From contig CM059432.1 in the NCBI GenBank assembly GCA_030390025.1, positions 4,774,001-4,838,000 of the forward strand: a DNA stretch of 64,000 bases. The letters run 5' to 3'. This document shows positions 62,082-64,000 of this stretch, piece after piece. Both the position numbers and the translations under genes were made by a program. A model generated the notes under the pieces. It worked only from the letters and a program-made list of their open reading frames with translations, did no database searches and had not been told where the DNA came from. Each line of letters opens with the position of its first letter. Position 1 is the stretch's first letter. Source of the stretch: Squalus acanthias. Its lineage: Eukaryota.

Positions 62082-62712
62082 GGGGGAAAAATTTGGTTTC
62101 TTTGCGCCTCCCGTTAGCGCCCCAAGTTGGCACTAACGGGGCGCAAAGCAACTACCACCCAGGCGCGGCGGCGCCAACGCCTCCCGCGAAATTCAGCGGG
62201 AGTTTAGCGGTAGCCGGTAGCGCCCCGCATTGCTACACCTCCGGCGATGACATCATCACCATGCGCAGCGCCCCACTCGCGCAAACTTGGCTCGTGCCCC
62301 CTGACCTACTGCTGTGTCCGACAGGGTCAGGGGGCGTACTTGCGGCCGGGGCGGCGCTCATTAAAGGGCAGGTAGTGGGCGGCCATTTTTTTTGGGCCGC
62401 CTGCCAGCGCCTGCCCCCTCTGGCCTCCTCCTGCGGGGTGTCGGCCGCGATCGGTCAGCCCGGCGCTCCTCTTGAGTGCCGGGCTCTTTTGCCGGCACCC
62501 CACTCCCCGGTGATCCAGCAGGGCCCCGGCTAGGCCCCTCCCCTTTAATCAGGGGAGGGAGGCCTGCAGTACCGCGGCGCTACTGCACATAGCGCCGCGA
62601 TATTCAATGGGAGCGCCCCAAGAGGGAGGGGGAGCGCTTCCAGTAGCGCCCCGCCTCCTGCTTGGGGCGCTATCATTCAATTTCGGGCGCTAATTTTTTC
62701 GGGTTAGTGCCC
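62082..62712. mobile_element. Harbinger-type MITE, family B, right TIR lost
   Basis: Co-linear with 16708-17468; ATA on both flanks. Confidence 0.85.
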
Positions 62713-62844
62713 CATAGAATCATACAGCACAGAAGGAGGCCATTTGGCCCATCGTGCCTGTGCCGGCTCTTTGAAAGAACTCTCCAATTAGTCCCACTGC
62801 CCCCGCTCTTTCCCCAAAGCCCTGCAATTTTTTCCTTTTTTAAG

Positions 62845-63646
62845 TGATTTTAAAATTCTCATCCTTGTTTTAAAATCCCTCCACGGCTTCCCCCCTCCCT
62901 ATCTCTGTAATCTCCTCCAGCCCCACAACCCCTCCGAGATCTCTGCGCTCCTCCAATTCTGGCCTCTTGAGCATCCCTGATTTTAATCGCTCCACCATTG
63001 GCGGCCGTGCCTTCAGCTGCCTGGGCCCCGAGCTCTGGAATTCCCTCCCTAAACCTCTCCGCCTCTCGCTCCTCCTTCAAACCTACCTCTTTGACCAAGA
63101 GTTTAGTCATCTGCCCCAACTTCTCAAATGTCAAATTTTTTGTTTGACGATCGCTCCTGTGAAACGCCTTGGGACGTTTTAACATAGAAACATAGAAACT
63201 AGGAGCAGGAGTAGGCCATTCGGCCCGTCGAGCCTGCTCCACCATTCAATACGATCATGGCTGATCATCCAAATCCAGTACCCTGTCCCTGCTTTAATCC
63301 CCACAGTACACATATCCCACCCTACCCCCGGAACCCCACGTATTTAATTCCCCCTAACATATCCCATCCTATCCCCATAACCCCACATATTTAATCCCCC
63401 CCTAACACTAAGGGTCAATTTATCATAGCCAAATCAACCTAACCCGCACATCTTTGGACTGTGGGAGGAAACCGGAGCACCCGGAGGAAACCCACGCAGA
63501 CACGGGGAGAATGTGCAAACTCCACACAGACAGTCACCCGAAGTCAGGTTCGAACCCGGGTCCCTGGCGCTGTGAGGCACCAGTGCTAACCACTATGCCA
63601 CCGTGTTGCTATGTTAAAGGCGCTGGGTAAATGCAAGTTGTTGTTG
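62845..63646 (+). mobile_element. L2 3' fragment interrupted by a CR1 tail and a V-SINE
   Basis: L2 tail breaks at about 63180 and resumes at about 63610. Confidence 0.8.
63390..63606 (-). mobile_element. V-SINE (HE1-like)
   Basis: tRNA-like head (tggcatagtgg, ggttcgaacc) plus V-domain-like gtggagtttgcacattctccccgtgtctgcgtgggtttcctccgggtgctccggtttcctcccaca. Confidence 0.85.
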
Positions 63647-64000
63647 GAGATCCAATTTCCTTTTGAAAGTCACTACTGAATCTGCTTCCACCGCCCTTTC
63701 TGGCCGCGCGTTCCAGATCACAACAACTCGCTGCGTAAAAACATTCTCCTCTTCTCCCCACATGAACATTTCCCTTCCAAATTCACACGCCACCCTGAAT
63801 TTCAAATTCAAATCATGCATGCGGGGAAAAAATGTCTTTGCCATTGTAAACATGCCAATTTAAAGTTACCTTTAATTGTACTGAAGCTTGCAATGTGTTC
63901 AGCTACCATTTGACTATCCGTATTAATTTGTGGCGATGAGTATGATGTGACTTTAATTTAGAAACCACACTACTATTGCATCCACTGTTGGAGAAAGGGT

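Noticed and set aside
1..64000. CRISPR array or prokaryotic operon-like system
   Set aside because: No regularly spaced repeat-spacer array and no gene-dense organisation; the sequence is vertebrate interspersed repeat

Overview
Repeat-dominated vertebrate genomic DNA, most likely from a cartilaginous fish (shark). This is inferred from the repeat families: CR1, L2 and RTE LINEs, SacSINE1-like Deu-SINEs, an HE1-like V-SINE, Penelope-like fragments and PIF/Harbinger-type elements. Nearly all listed ORFs are transposon fragments or their antisense or alternative frames. The only host-gene signal is a probable first coding exon at 58468-58515 (MAWVTRRIILCSFLLM, then a GT donor) that looks like exon 1 of a desmoglein or other cadherin. 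The main observations are: (1) a perfect 174-bp palindrome in a Penelope-like insertion with a minimal hammerhead ribozyme motif on each strand; (2) two inverted 3.2-kb Harbinger-type elements that keep a 3-exon Myb/SANT-like gene but share a deletion of the transposase core and an in-frame TGA; (3) a CR1 copy with apparent strand-biased non-CpG G-to-A changes; (4) an RTE LINE flanked by an ~850-bp direct duplication; (5) a 1.1-kb solo LTR and many nested insertions with readable target-site duplications (TSDs). Family names come from recognition by eye, not database searches. Boundaries of decayed repeats are approximate.
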